Assembly: GCF_006345805.1 (NCBI RefSeq)
Contig: NW_021824840.1
Span: 1 to 64,000 of the forward strand
Reading direction: 5' to 3'
Length of the DNA stretch: 64,000 nucleotides
From: Octopus sinensis
Taxonomy: Eukaryota
Positions 1-13,911 of the stretch are shown piece by piece; position 1 is the first letter of the stretch; every line of letters starts with the position of its first letter. The position numbers were made by a program, and so were the translations under genes. The notes under the pieces were generated by a model. It was not told the DNA's origin. It did not search any database and worked only from the letters and a program-made list of their open reading frames with translations.

Positions 1-156
1 AGGAGCATTGAGGGCGGAAGCGGTTGTGCTCTGGTGGGGAGTAGTGAGATCAAAAAATTCACCATTATTAAAAAACGAAAAACACTGCATCTATATACTT
101 AGGTGAAGATTATATATTTAGTTGCAGGGTATATACTTAGTTAAGGATTCAGTATA

Positions 157-196
<40 letters not shown>

Positions 197-398
197 TTTT
201 ATCTTTTATTGGTTTCAGCCAAAGGCTGGGGCCATGCTGGAGCACCTCCTTTCAGTATGTTTGAATTTCCTTTGTATACTATATTTGCTGAAGAAGCGAG
301 TTGGACGGAGTAGCTCTTTTATATATATATATATTATATATATATATATATATTACACCGGCGATTATAATTAATTTTATTGTATCGCATTTATCTTT

Positions 399-448
<50 letters not shown>

Positions 449-450
<2 letters not shown>

Positions 451-861
451 TTTTATTCTTTTTGCTTGTTTCAGTCATTTGACTGTGGCCATGCTGGAGC
501 ACCGCCTTCAGTCGAGCAAATCGATCCCAGGACTTATTCTTTGTAAGCCTAGTACTTATTCTATCGGTCTCTTTTGCCGAACCGCTAACTTACGGGGACG
601 TAAACACACCAGCATCGGTTGTCAAGGTATGTTGGGGGGACAAACACAGACACACAAACATATATACACACACATACATATATATATATGTATATACATA
701 TATACGACGGACTTCTTTCAGTTTCCGTCTACCAAATCCACTCACAAGGCTTTGGTCGGCCCAAGGCTATAGTAGAAGACACTTGCCCAAGGTGCCACGC
801 AGTGGGACTGAACCTAGAACCATGTGGTTGGTAAGCAAGCTACTTACCACATAGCCACTCC
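449..861 (-). mobile_element. OK-like octopus tRNA SINE
   Basis: tRNA-like head (GGCTATGTGGTAAG...GGTTCAGTCCC), internal (TA/TG)n, tail CCAGCATGGCCACAGTCAAATGACTGAAAC plus an (AAAAG)-type repeat. Confidence 0.88.
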
Positions 862-1124
862 TATATATATTGCATGGACATATTTGCATAGCACGTGACT
901 TGATCTGAGATCGTGTGCTGAAACAAAAACATTTGCTGCGTGGAAGATGTTTATAAGCCATTTAAGAACATTCGATTCACTTCAACATTTAAATTTAAGT
1001 AGCACGGAGTTTTGTCGGCGAACAGGTCACGGTTTCAAAACGAAGAAATTATTTTGACACAAATGTTTTGACACGCTGGAATTGTTTATATACACTCTGT
1101 TATTCTTTCATTCTTTTACATGCC

Positions 1125-1436
1125 TTTAGTCGAACAAATCGACCCCAGAGCTTATTGTTTGTAAGCTTAGTACTTATTCTATAGGTATTTTTGCCGAACC
1201 ACTAAGTTACAAGGACGTAAACACGCCAACATCGGTTGTCATGCGATGGTGGAGGCTATACTGGAGTACCACCTCAAGTTGAGCAAATCGACCCCGGGAC
1301 TTATTCTTTGTAAGCCTAGTATATTTTCCATCGGTCTTATTGCTGAACCGCTAAGTGACGGGGACGTAAATACAGCAACATTGGTTGTCATGTGGACACA
1401 CAAATACACCCACACACACTTACACACACACACACG

Positions 1437-1469
<33 letters not shown>

Positions 1470-1470
1470 G

Positions 1471-1513
<43 letters not shown>

Positions 1514-1667
1514 GACGGGCTTCTTTCAGTTTCCATGTACTAAAGCCACAAACAAGGCTTTGGTCGGCCCCAAGCTATAGTAGAAGTCACTTGCTCAAGG
1601 TGCCTCGCAGTGAGATGAACCCGAAATCATGTGATTGGGAAGCAAGCTTCTTACCACACAGTCACTC
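1125..1667 (-). mobile_element. OK-like SINE, diverged, with partial internal duplication
   Basis: The GACCCC...TTATTC...GTAAGC segment occurs twice (about 1130-1240 and 1285-1390). Confidence 0.75.
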
Positions 1668-1779
1668 CTGCTTCTTATCCTTACCTGCACCACATTAGTC
1701 TCTAAGTAGAACAAATATATTTTCTAACTGAGAAGAAATCCCATTTTATTAGAGTTTGTATCGTATTAAGGAGCAGGCG

Positions 1780-2100
1780 AAACCGTGTGGTAAAAAGCTT
1801 GCTTCCCAACAACAATGGGCAAATGTCTTCTGCTATAGCTTCGGGTTGACCAAAGCCTTTTGAGTGAATTTTGTATATATGTATCTATGTGTGTCTGTGT
1901 ATCTTTGTGTCCATGTTTGTCTCCCTCCCCTCACCGCTCGACAACTGGTGCTGGTGCGTTTACGTGCCCATAACCTAGCAGTTCGGCAACAGAGGCTGAT
2001 AGTTTAAGCACCTGAATTTAAAACAAAATAAGTTCTGGGATCAATACATTCGACTAAAAATAATTCGCCAAGGCTTTGCCACAGCATGGCTGAAACAGGT
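1780..2100 (+). mobile_element. OK-like SINE, diverged
   Basis: Head TGTGGTAAAAAGCTTGCTTCCCAA and a tail ending CAGCATGGCTGAAAC with the stem-loop deleted. Confidence 0.7.
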
Positions 2101-2262
2101 AAGTTAAGTTATATGTATATATATATATATATATTATATAGATATATATATATATATATAATATATATATAAGTTAAACAAGAAAACAAAAAGACAACAA
2201 CGCAAGGATGTGGAACAAATAAAGTATTATTGGACGCTCAGGAAAGAAGGGAAGAAGGAGGG

Positions 2263-2295
2263 TTTGACGTTTCGAGCGGAGCTCTTCGTCGGAAA
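2263..2295 (-). ncRNA. Decayed minimal hammerhead (U4C)
   Basis: UUU CCGACGA A GAGC UCC GCUC GAAACGUC AAA. Confidence 0.45.
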
Positions 2296-2374
2296 AATAG
2301 GAGAAGGAAAGATCCCGAGACGGGAGGACAGAAGAAAAAAATCGCCGGTGGTATTCACGAGGTCACATACTACG

Positions 2375-3135
<761 letters not shown>

Positions 3136-3468
3136 TCGCTTAGGCGTAGCGATACTAATAAACAGATGTTGGAATTGAATATATTCAAAATCATTGCTTA
3201 TACCGAAGTATCAAGATGACTGGTTTCGAATTCTCATGGCTATGGCGAATACAGGTTTACTATCATATAAGCCGGGGGTTCGTTGCAACTCTTAATATCC
3301 TATCTGTATCATCAGTTTCGATATTTGGTTAGGTAGATCACTTGTAGTCTGGTTTTCAGATGATTTAAGAATGATTATATCTCTATAGCACATGACACTC
3401 AAGTTTCTACTCGATTTTAAAATTATTTTGAAAATTACAAAAATTCAAGAATAAGAGATAAAATATAT

Positions 3469-3939
3469 TACTCTTTTACTCTTTTACTTGTTTCAGTCAT
3501 TTGACTGCGGCCATGCTGGAGCACCGCCTTTAGTCGAACAACTCGACCCCGGGACTTATTCTTTTTGTAAGCCCAGTACTTATTCTATCGGTCTCCTTTT
3601 GCCGAACCGCTAAGTTACGGGGACGTAAACACATCAGCATCGATTGTCAAGCAGTGCTAGGGGAAAAAAAGACAGACACACAAACACACACACAAATACA
3701 TATATATATATATATATATATACTATATTATATATTATATATTATATATTATATATATATATATTAATATCTATATATATAACATATATACGACAGGCTT
3801 CTTTTCAGTTTCCGTCTACCAAATCCACTCACAAGGCATTGGCCGGCCCGGGGCTATAGCAGAAGACACTTGCCCAAGATGCCACGCAGTGGGACTGAAC
3901 CCGGAACCATGTGGTTGGTTAGCAAGCTACTTACCACAC
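3469..3939 (-). mobile_element. OK-like SINE
   Basis: Near-consensus copy. Confidence 0.9.
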
Positions 3940-4295
3940 GTGTAATAATAGTCTCAAATTAACTAAATAATTTCCGTTTTCACTCCATCTAGAGTTCTTA
4001 ATATACTAAAATACTTTAATTACTCATTCGTCATTCACGCAGTTCAATTATGAAATCTGCTATTCATACTGGGCGTATATACGTAGCACAGTGTTTTAGA
4101 TAAAGGACTGCTATAAATGTAGTGGAAAACCATTTCGTTCATTTCATGAAAGATAACTTTTCAAGAGAAATTCAATAGTATTCTGTTAAACCTAATGTTA
4201 AGAAGAATTCTCGGCCATTTATAGCTATTTTTCAGTCTAAGAACGCCGGATATTCTGCTACTGTGTTTCTGCTACTCTGTGTGTGTGTGTGTGTA

Positions 4296-4361
<66 letters not shown>

Positions 4362-4467
4362 AATAATGTATGTGTATATATAAATATACATACCTAGATG
4401 CGCACACATACGTGTTTATGTACATATATACCTGTGTATATACATACCACACACACACACATATATT

Positions 4468-4532
<65 letters not shown>

Positions 4533-4644
4533 TACATATATATATATATGATTGATTGATTGATTGATTCTAGTTTCAGCTCATGAGCTGTGGCCATGCT
4601 GGGGCACCTATATTATAATATAGATGTATATGTATATGTATATG

Positions 4645-4676
<32 letters not shown>

Positions 4677-5097
4677 TGTATGTATGTATATACATGAATA
4701 TATGTGTGGGTATGCGTGTAAGTCAATAGAAAACTGAAAAGACTGAAGATCGATATCAGCCAATATTACATATATATACATGAACACATTTGCACATATA
4801 CACACACATTAATATTTATTTAATTTTCTTGTCTTGTGACATACAATGGGGAGACGATATAATTCACAGTATTTACGTTATTTTCAATATCTATCAATTT
4901 ATCTTATTCGTGTGTAAATCACACACTTTATCCGACCCCGTCTGGCTGTGTCTATTTCATTATCAATCTTTTTTTCTCTGTCTAGATATCGTTATTTCCC
5001 TCCCTATATCCTTTTTCTCCCTCTATCTCTTCTTTTCCCTCTCTCTTTCTCTCTCTCTTCATTTCTGTATATATATATAATATATATATATATATAC

Positions 5098-5144
<47 letters not shown>

Positions 5145-5157
5145 TATATATATATAC

Positions 5158-5192
<35 letters not shown>

Positions 5193-5269
5193 GATATATA
5201 TATATATATATATATATTATACATATATATATGCACACACATACACTCACACACACGCGCGCGCACGCA

Positions 5270-6480
5270 CAATAATCTTTTAAATAGCATCAAAGAATTC
5301 GACTTAACTATAAGTAAATACATACTTAATAAAGGTCACTTCCTGGACGTATGCCTTGATCTCGTGATAGGCAAATACTATTCCTACAGAAAGCCCAATG
5401 GTGAAACTGCTTATATCCACAGAAACCGCAGCTGCTGCAAGATGGATTTAGAAACCTCGTCACTCGCATCATCACAAGAATATATTTCTTTATTGCCCAC
5501 AAGGGGCTAAACATAGAGGGGACAAACAAAGACAGACAAACGGATTAAGTCAACTACATCGACCCCAGTGCGCAACTGGTACTTTATTTATCGACCCCGA
5601 AAGGATGAAAGGCAAAGTTGACCTCGGCGGTGTTTGAACCCAGAACGTAACGACAGACGAAATACTGCTGAGCATTTCGCCCGGCGTGCTAACGTTTCTG
5701 CCAGCTCGCCCACAAGAATACCTATTCTATCGGCGATAGAGAGACCTTCAATTGACCTGCACCCCATTCTGAGGAGGTACTAGTGAGACGTGGATTTACT
5801 TATGAGATTTGTATATAGTGGATCCCTCGCCCTTTTCAAGCACGAAGATACTAAGGAGAATGATCATCTGGTTTAATCCGCTATGCAATCTAGCTATGAC
5901 CTTCCAGGCACTAATTAGACAGCATTTCCCGAAATAAGCATAGGTCTCAAACTCTTTAATTCCTATAAAGTCAAGGTAAGCTACTTATGCTTAAATAATA
6001 TCGCTTCCAAAATTGCATGCTACAAAAGAAAGATACATGCATCTACACAGTTTTCACTCCAGATTGCAATCAATAACTAGCGAAATGAATATCCTATCAA
6101 CTGTCCACTGGAAGGATTCTGCCTCTCAGAGTGTTTGGTCAATAGAGCCACCCTCAAATCATCCGATGGCGTAACAGCCAATGATTTCAGGAGCTATTTT
6201 CCACGACGCATATACTCCATCAGGTATAGGAACAGGAAAACTTCACCTCTCTATCCTACTTCCTCTAGAGACTCTGGGATCACGGAAACAACACCCCAAA
6301 ATCATGTGAAGCATCCTTGATAGAGACTCTCTAGAGTATGTAATAGCCAACTTTGCCTCCGTGAGAAATTTCATATATCCCTGCAGCCTGAAGTACCCAT
6401 CGAGAAGAAAACAATTGACCTGTCCTTTTGTTTGGAGGTGTAAAATCACGTACCTGACTGCGTGCAAAGCTGGTTGATAA
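5270..6480 (+). pseudogene. Decayed Penelope-like element (RT thumb + GIY-YIG region), interrupted by a SINE
   Basis: Peptides [40 protein letters not shown] and CNSQLCLREKFHI match the Penelope RT C-terminus and endonuclease-region pattern; many stops and frameshifts. Confidence 0.8.
5477..5709 (-). mobile_element. Nin/Deu-domain-like tRNA SINE (tail A) nested in the Penelope remnant
   Basis: Reverse complement contains the B-box-like GGTTCAAAC, the core CTTTGCCTTTCATCCTTTCGGGGTCGATAAAT and the tail GCCCCTTGTGGGCAATAAAGAAATA. Confidence 0.85.
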
Positions 6481-6839
6481 GCCATAGTAATAATGCCCTG
6501 AATCAGCAACAATTTCCTTACAAGTTGTAAAGATTATATGTTTTGAAATTGTGTGTCATCTAGGCCTCGGATGATATTCCGAGTTATCCGCAGCTAGTGT
6601 TTTGAATTACCATCCAGGACTCCATTATCCAACGTAGCTTTCTTTTTTAAAGGTATTATACAGTTTGAAAGAGATCTGGTTACTATTTCTTACAAGTTAA
6701 GTGACCACGTGGAGGCATACTTCTCTGTCTACCTCCCTCTTGTTCTCCTTCTTGATATGTAGGTATTTGGTCGCTACATTTTGCACTATTTTCACGTCTG
6801 TCACACACACATACACACACTCTCTCTCTCTCTTTCGAC

Positions 6840-6877
<38 letters not shown>

Positions 6878-7374
6878 TTTCTCTATCTCTCTTTTCAAGG
6901 TTAGATTTTATTTGCGTGACTAATTCCCTCGGTTTCTTCTTTCTTCCCTCATTTTTCCATCCAACCCTCTTCTTTTTTAATCCCTCCCTTTTTCTCTTCT
7001 TCCTACCTTTTCTCCTTTTCCACCCGCACCCCCATTTATCTCTCGTCATTCGGTTAACTACAGGTATATTAATGCAATACTTCTTAATGAATTCCGTCAT
7101 CACTACTTCGTCTTCATCAAGTGAATTCTACGTTTTGCTGAGGATTTATAATAACTCGTATATGCCCATAAACATTTTCACTGTATTTAGATTAAACGTT
7201 ACGGTAAGCTTTCACAATCTGAAAGAAAAGGACAGTTAGCTACGGGTGTCTACAGCTACTGAACATTTCGTATGCTCAGTCACACGCTTCCCGGCGAGTT
7301 CATGTCCAAACAAGTAGAAGCAGTTTTTGCGTTGCGAAAACGGAACCAGGGGTATAAATGGCATAATACTGAAA

Positions 7375-7640
7375 CATGTCCGAAGTTATCTTCCTTTGTA
7401 GTTATCCCACATTACTCCGTAAAAAAGCATAAGGCTCGATCTTGGGCTACCGCCTTGATTTCAGACCAAGAGAGAACGATTGTTGTCGCTTCATCCTCCA
7501 CGCATCCTTTCCAGGTCTTCTTAGGTCGTCCAACTTCTGCTTAAAGAGGTTGACTTGAGGCTAACAACCCCAATCGGAAAACCAAAAGTTACGGAACCCG
7601 CAGTTATCTCCCGTAGTACCCGCAATGATTAATATAGTGT
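7375..7640 (-). pseudogene. RTE-clade LINE 3' fragment
   Basis: Minus-strand peptide VGRPKKTWKGCVEDEATTIVLSWSEIKAVAQDR is a typical RTE ORF2 C-terminus. Confidence 0.7.
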
Positions 7641-7694
7641 TGGTTATTCTGCTAATGTTCACCTTTTCCCACTCCACACTGTTTTAATATTTCT

Positions 7695-9830
7695 AACTTA
7701 CCGAGATCGACTTTGCCTTTCATCCTTCCGAGGTCGATAAATTAAGTATCAGTTACTTACTGAGTTCGATCTAATCGACTGACCCCTTCGCCCAAAATTT
7801 TGGGCCTTGCGCCTAGAGTAGAAAAGAATATTTTTAACTTAACAAAGTGGCGAGCTGGCAGAATCGTTAGCACGTTGGGCGAAATACTTAGCAGTATTTC
7901 GTCTATCTTCATGTTCTGAGTTCAAGTGCCGCCGGGGTCGACTTTGCCTTTCATCCTTTCGGGGTCGATAAATTAAGTACAGTTACGCACTGGGGTCTAT
8001 GTAAACGACTTACCCCATCCCCCAAAATTTCAGACCTTGTGCTTATAGTAGAAAGGAATAGTTCAAACTTAATATTTGGGTAACAAGGCGGTGAGCTGGC
8101 ACAAACGTTAGCAAGCCGGGCGAAATGCTTAGCGGTATTTCGTCTGTCGCTACGTTCTGAGTTCAAATTCCAGCGAGGTCGACTTTGCCTTTCATCCTTT
8201 TCGGGGTCGATAATTAAGTACCAGTTACGGACTGGAGTCGATATAATCGACTTAATCAGTCTGTCTGTCCTTGTTTGCTTCCTCTGTGTTTAGCCCCTTG
8301 TGGGTAGTAAAAAATAGGTATTTCGTCTGTCTTTATGTTCTGAGTTCAAATTCCGCCGGGGTCGACTTTGCCTTTCATCCTTTCGGGGTCGATAAATAAG
8401 TACCAGTTACGCACTGGGGTAGATATAATCGACTTAATCCGTTTGTCTGTCCTTGTTTGTCCTCTCCGTGTTTAGCCCCTTGTGGGTAGTAAAGAAATTG
8501 GTATTTCGTCTACCGCTACGTTCTGAGTTCAAATTCCGCCGGGATCGACTTTGCCTTTCATCCTTTCGGGGTCGATAAATTAAGTACCAGTTACGGACTG
8601 GGTAGATATAATCGACTTAATCCGTCTGTCTGTCCTTGTTTGCTTCCTCTGTGTTTAGCCCCTTGTGGGTAGTAAAGAAATAGGTATTTCGTCTGTCTTT
8701 ATGTTCTGAGTTCAAATTCCGCCGGGGTCGACTTTGCCTTTCATCCTTTCGGGGTCGATAAATTAAGTACCAGTTACGCACTGGGGTCTATGTAAACGAC
8801 TTACCCCATCCCCCAAAATTTCAGACCTTGTGCTTATAGTAGAAAGGAATATTTCAAACTTAATATTTGGGTAACAAGGCGGTGAGCTGGCACAAACGTT
8901 AGCAAGCCGGGCGAAATGCTTAGCGGTATTTCGTCTGTCGCTACGTTCTGAGTTCAAATTCCAGCGAGGTCGACTTTGCCTTTCATCCTTTCGGGGTCGA
9001 TAAATTAAGTACCAGTTACGGACTGGAGTCGATATAATCGACTTAATCAGTCTGTCTGTCCTTGTTTGCTTCCTCTGTGTTTAGCCCCTTGTGGGTAGTA
9101 AAGAAATAGGTATTTCGTCTGTCTTTATGTTCTGAGTTCAAATTCCGCCGAGGTCGACTTTGTCTTTCATCCTTTCGGGGTCGATTAAATAAGTACCAGT
9201 TACGCACTGGGGTAGATATAATCGACTTAATCCGTTTGTCTGTCCTTGTTTGTCCTCTCCGTGTTTAGCCCCTTGTGGGTAGTAAAGAAATTGGTATTTC
9301 GTCTACCGCTACGTTCTGAGTTCAAATTCCGCCGGGATCGACTTTGCCTTTCATCCTTTCGGGGTCGATAAATTAAGTACCAGTTACGGACTGGGTAGAT
9401 ATAATCGACTTAATCCGTCTGTCTGTCCTTGTTTGCTTCCTCTGTGTTTAGCCCCTTGTGGGTAGTAAAGAAATAGGTATTTCGTCTGTCTTTATGTTCT
9501 GAGTTCAAATTCCGCCGGGGTCGACTTTGCCTTTCATCCTTTCGGGGTCGATAAATTAAGTACCAGTTACGCACTGGGGTCGATATAATCGACTTAATCC
9601 GTCTGTCTGTCCTTGTTTGTCTCCTCTGTGTTTAGCCCCTTGTGGGTAGAAAAGAAATAGGTATTTCGTCTGTCTTTGTGTTCTGAGTTCAAATTCCGCC
9701 GAGGTCGACTTTGCCTTTCATCCTTTCGGGGTCGATAAATTAAGTTCCAGTTGCGAACTGGGGTCGATCTAATCGACTGGCCCCCTCCCCCAAAATTTTG
9801 GGCCTTGTGCCTAGAGTAGAAAAGAATATT
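7695..9830 (+). repeat. Tandem array of Nin/Deu-like SINE units (183-184 bp) with a 791-bp higher-order duplication
   Basis: Junctions GAAAT(A/T)|GGTATTTCGTC at 8317, 8500, 8683, 9109, 9293, 9476 and 9660; full heads at 7846, 8087 and 8878. Confidence 0.95.
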
Positions 9831-10342
9831 TTGCTTAACATTAAATATATTCAGCTACTACCAAACTGTAGGTACGTAGGTAAGTTGGTACATACGTACG
9901 TACGTCTCTCGTATGTGTCTGCACTGAATATCTTTCCCTCTCTTCTTCTTGCTCTCTTCCTTTATCCCCCTCTCCTTTGATCTCACGCTTCTCCACTTAC
10001 CCTACAGCTCTTTATTTAAATTTAATAGGGAAGATGGTCTGATGTATATATCGACTTTCTCCCACCTTTATGTTTCTTTATCGTCTTCCCTTCTCCCGGC
10101 TTTTGCATTGCTATATCTCTTTCCCTTCTTCTCTCTCGTCCCCCTCTCACTTACTTCCCTCTTCTGTTATTCCTAGTATACACGCGCGCACACGCACACA
10201 AACACACACACAAACACTATCTATCTATCTATGTCTATCGTTTTCACTCTCTTTCTTCCCCCCTCTCTCTTTATCTATCTATCTAACTATTTATCTAAGT
10301 GTCTCTTTGACCCTTCTTTTCTTTTTCTTGCACACACTCTCT

Positions 10343-10379
<37 letters not shown>

Positions 10380-10956
10380 CTGTTTATCTATCTCTGTCTC
10401 TTTCTTCCGCTCACTCTCTCTTCTCTCTCTCTTTCTTTTTCTCAGTCTCTATATCTCTGTGTCTATCTGTCTAGCTATCCATCTATCTATCTACCTCTCT
10501 CTCTTTTTCTCTCTCTCTGTCCCCCTCTTTTGCTATCTCCCTCTCTCACTCTCTCACTCTCTCTCTCTGTCTCCCTCTTTTGCTATCTCTCTCTCTCGCT
10601 AACTATCTTTCTCCCTTTCCCTCTCTCTTTCCCTTTCCCTCTTTCTCTAACTTATCCCTCTTTCTCTTCATCTCCTCCCCCCCTCTCTCTCTCTCTCTCT
10701 TACAACCACTCCAATTAAGTCTCAACGTTGGTAGTTTGCTGATTTGGCACAAATGTTCTCAGATATACTTTTCCCAATCGATAAATCTGTCTGACAGTCG
10801 CCGTTCTAGAACATTTTAGACCCATTATTGTATGCATAGTATATATACACTGTATACATTCGTATATTTATACAGTTCTTGTCATAACACTTAGCAACAT
10901 ATGTAAACACCTCAACAGGTACTTCGGTGAGTGCATGCGTGTGTATGTATGCCCAA

Positions 10957-11041
<85 letters not shown>

Positions 11042-12904
11042 TGTATGTATGTATGTATGTATGCATGTATGTATATGTATATATATGTATACGCTCGCAT
11101 TTACAAATGTGAGAAAAATATTCAATACATATTGTAGAGTTTATTTACTCGTACCGTAGTAACCACGGGTGTTGAATCATCCCCTGCGAACGAATGTGTG
11201 TGTGTATATGTGTGTGTGTGCGTGTGTATGTGTGTGTGCGTGCGTGCAATTGTTAATTTTTGGTGGATATTTGAAGAAATTTCATGAATAACAAGTGAAA
11301 ATTTACTGACAGGACAAAGTCAATGTTAGGACAAAGCAAATGTTTTTTTTTTTTAAACTTCCTTTTCACTGAGATTGTAAATTACGCTTGACAGCTGAAT
11401 AAGCCGTCGGGCGAAACTTGAAATAGCAACTGAAATTAATTTGATAATGCACTTGCATGTGTGTGCGCGCGCGCGCGCGTGTGTGTGTGTCGTTATTCAG
11501 TTATATTTCAAGATTTCCTTCCAGTAAAGACAGCCGGTTTCTAACCTAGATTCAAGGCTCTTTCATTTGAATTTCAATATCAACAGGATATTTCTATATG
11601 TATTTCTACGTGCAGATTTGCATGTTTTGTTTTATGTATGTCCCCTTAAGCATATACTTGCTTATCTAGACAAGCTCATATATATTTAAATGATAATGCC
11701 TGCCTGTCTGTCTGTCTGTATATATACATGTATGTATGCATTATGTATGTACGTATGTATGTAAGTACGTATGTATGTATGTATGTATGTATGTATGTAT
11801 GTGCATATACACGCACACATATGTTTAGATACACCTCGTAACGGAACTAAATCGTACCCTTCCTGTAAATACACGAGCACATCCGTTAAGTATGTGAGGT
11901 CGATAGTGTATATTTCACTAGAGCCGCTTCTATTTCATATTTGAATTTATTCTTACGTAAGCATTGTCCGACATACCAGCACATAGTTTTCACACTATCT
12001 ATATACTAAAAAAAGTGAATTTCAATCTTGCTTGCTTGCTTGCAATGTTACACAGCCAAACTGGTGCATAATGGGAAATTACTATGAATTATGTTCCCTT
12101 GAAATGTTACTACGTACGGAATATAATAAGGTCTGCGTAAATCGGACCAGTAGTTATTGAAATATTAGGGGTTTGGGGGTATAAATACTGAAAATGGTGC
12201 ACAATGGGAAAATATTCTGAATATAACTTCATCCTGAAAGGGAAGAAACTCTAACCTTTCGATTAGGCACAGTTACTTGATAACGAAAAAATATTATTTG
12301 TTTTTACAGTAAATGTTTCTATTTTCGCTTTTGTTGAACACAATATTTTAATCATTTAGAAATATTTTTAAGTGAATGTGATTTCAAAAATGTAAGTTGT
12401 TTGTACAGTAAGTATTTATATTTTAGCTTTCTTTAAACAGAAAATATTTTTATGATTTTTTAAAATTATTTTCAAGTGAATACCATTACAAGAAACTATT
12501 TTGGCATATTTAAAAAATATTTTAAAGTGAAAATGACTTTAAAATACGGTAAATATTTCGTAAAAATTTCGTTCGTAACCTTGGTGTAGAATAATTTTTT
12601 TCCATAGGTTTTTTCGAGTGCATTCAACGTATCCCCCTCCAAAGATTTGGACGCCCAGCTACCACGTAACAGCTATTTGAGATAAAGGACCCGAAATACC
12701 TGTTATGTGTAGGAGGGCGTACAAGAAATATTAGCCAAATCTTTCCTTTTCTGGGGAAAATAGCCGTTTAAGCGTGATTTCGACGTCACATTTGTTGAAA
12801 GCATTCGAAATAATCTGGAAAAGAAAAAAAACACGAAGCGAAACTACGTTGCTGGGAAACTCAGACTTTCCCGGTCACCCAACGGGTCATGGATAGTCTA
12901 GTAT

Positions 12905-13028
12905 GCATATAAATCTTGGACTGGTGGTACGATTCACCTGCGATTCGGTTCGGGTACGTGATTTTTCTAAGCTACAAAAATAGTGAAACAGCGACGTCCA
13001 TCACTTCTGAATGAGCAATGGGGTGAGT
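12905..13028 (+). promoter_or_regulatory. Possible TATA/Inr and first exon ending at a splice donor
   Basis: TATAAA at 12908, TCAC 28 nt downstream, G|GTGAGT at 13022/13023, in non-repetitive CpG-containing sequence. Motif-only evidence. Confidence 0.2.
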
Positions 13029-13270
13029 TGTCTCGCCTTTCCATGGCTTTCGGGTGTTTTAACACCCGGCGCACTGAGAGAGAGAGAGAGATCCACCACG
13101 TCAAATCACAGTCTACTGGCAAATACACAAGGAATATACGTCAAGTATGTGTGGTCGATGATAATGTGTGTGAGTGTGTGCGTGTGTGTACATACATACA
13201 TATATGTATATTGTGTATACGTTATATATATATATATATATATATATGGATGTATGCATAGGTATGTGTG

Positions 13271-13316
<46 letters not shown>

Positions 13317-13319
13317 CAT

Positions 13320-13350
<31 letters not shown>

Positions 13351-13879
13351 TATATATATATTGTTATATTTAGGAATGGTCATATGCCAGTTTAGCCAAT
13401 AAAAACACACGCACTATATATTTGGTGTTATTTTGCTTCAGTGATATTTATTTCTTACATTAATCTTAATCTTATTTCGGCCAAAGTTCTTCGTCACACT
13501 CCTGTGACCGCATCAGTGGTCCTTTGTTTTCTTCTCACTTACTTGTGTCTCTCCTTACTAACCGTCAGCCATTTTGTATTTCTATTGTATGTTCATTTGC
13601 GCATGCTTATATCTCTATGTGCGTCTATGTTTATTTAGTGTGTGTGTGGGGGGGATGCCTGTAATATTTGTATCTTCTGGTTATATACATTCTTGTAATT
13701 TGTATTTGGTTTTTGTTGTTGTTGCTTTTGTTTAATTTTGTTCATGTGTTTACATCCACCCATTATTATCATTACATATGCTTGTATGTATGTATAACAA
13801 CAAAATTAGTAATAATAATAATAAATCTAATTGAAAAAAAAAAAACATATATATATATATATATAATATATATATATTA

Positions 13880-13911
<32 letters not shown>

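Noticed and set aside
3211-3260. Hammerhead-like GAAAC-CA-GUC on the minus strand
   Set aside because: The CUGANGA core is missing and stem I does not pair; at most a relic.
7695-9830. CRISPR-like or retrozyme interpretation of the 183-bp tandem array
   Set aside because: There are no unique spacers and no cas genes, and I found no hammerhead core on either strand of the unit; the units are SINE-derived.
11388-11425. CUGAAUA-A-GCC-GUCG-GGC-GAAAC hammerhead-like string
   Set aside because: G8 is absent and there is no NUH triplet or stem I/III partner; compatible with chance.
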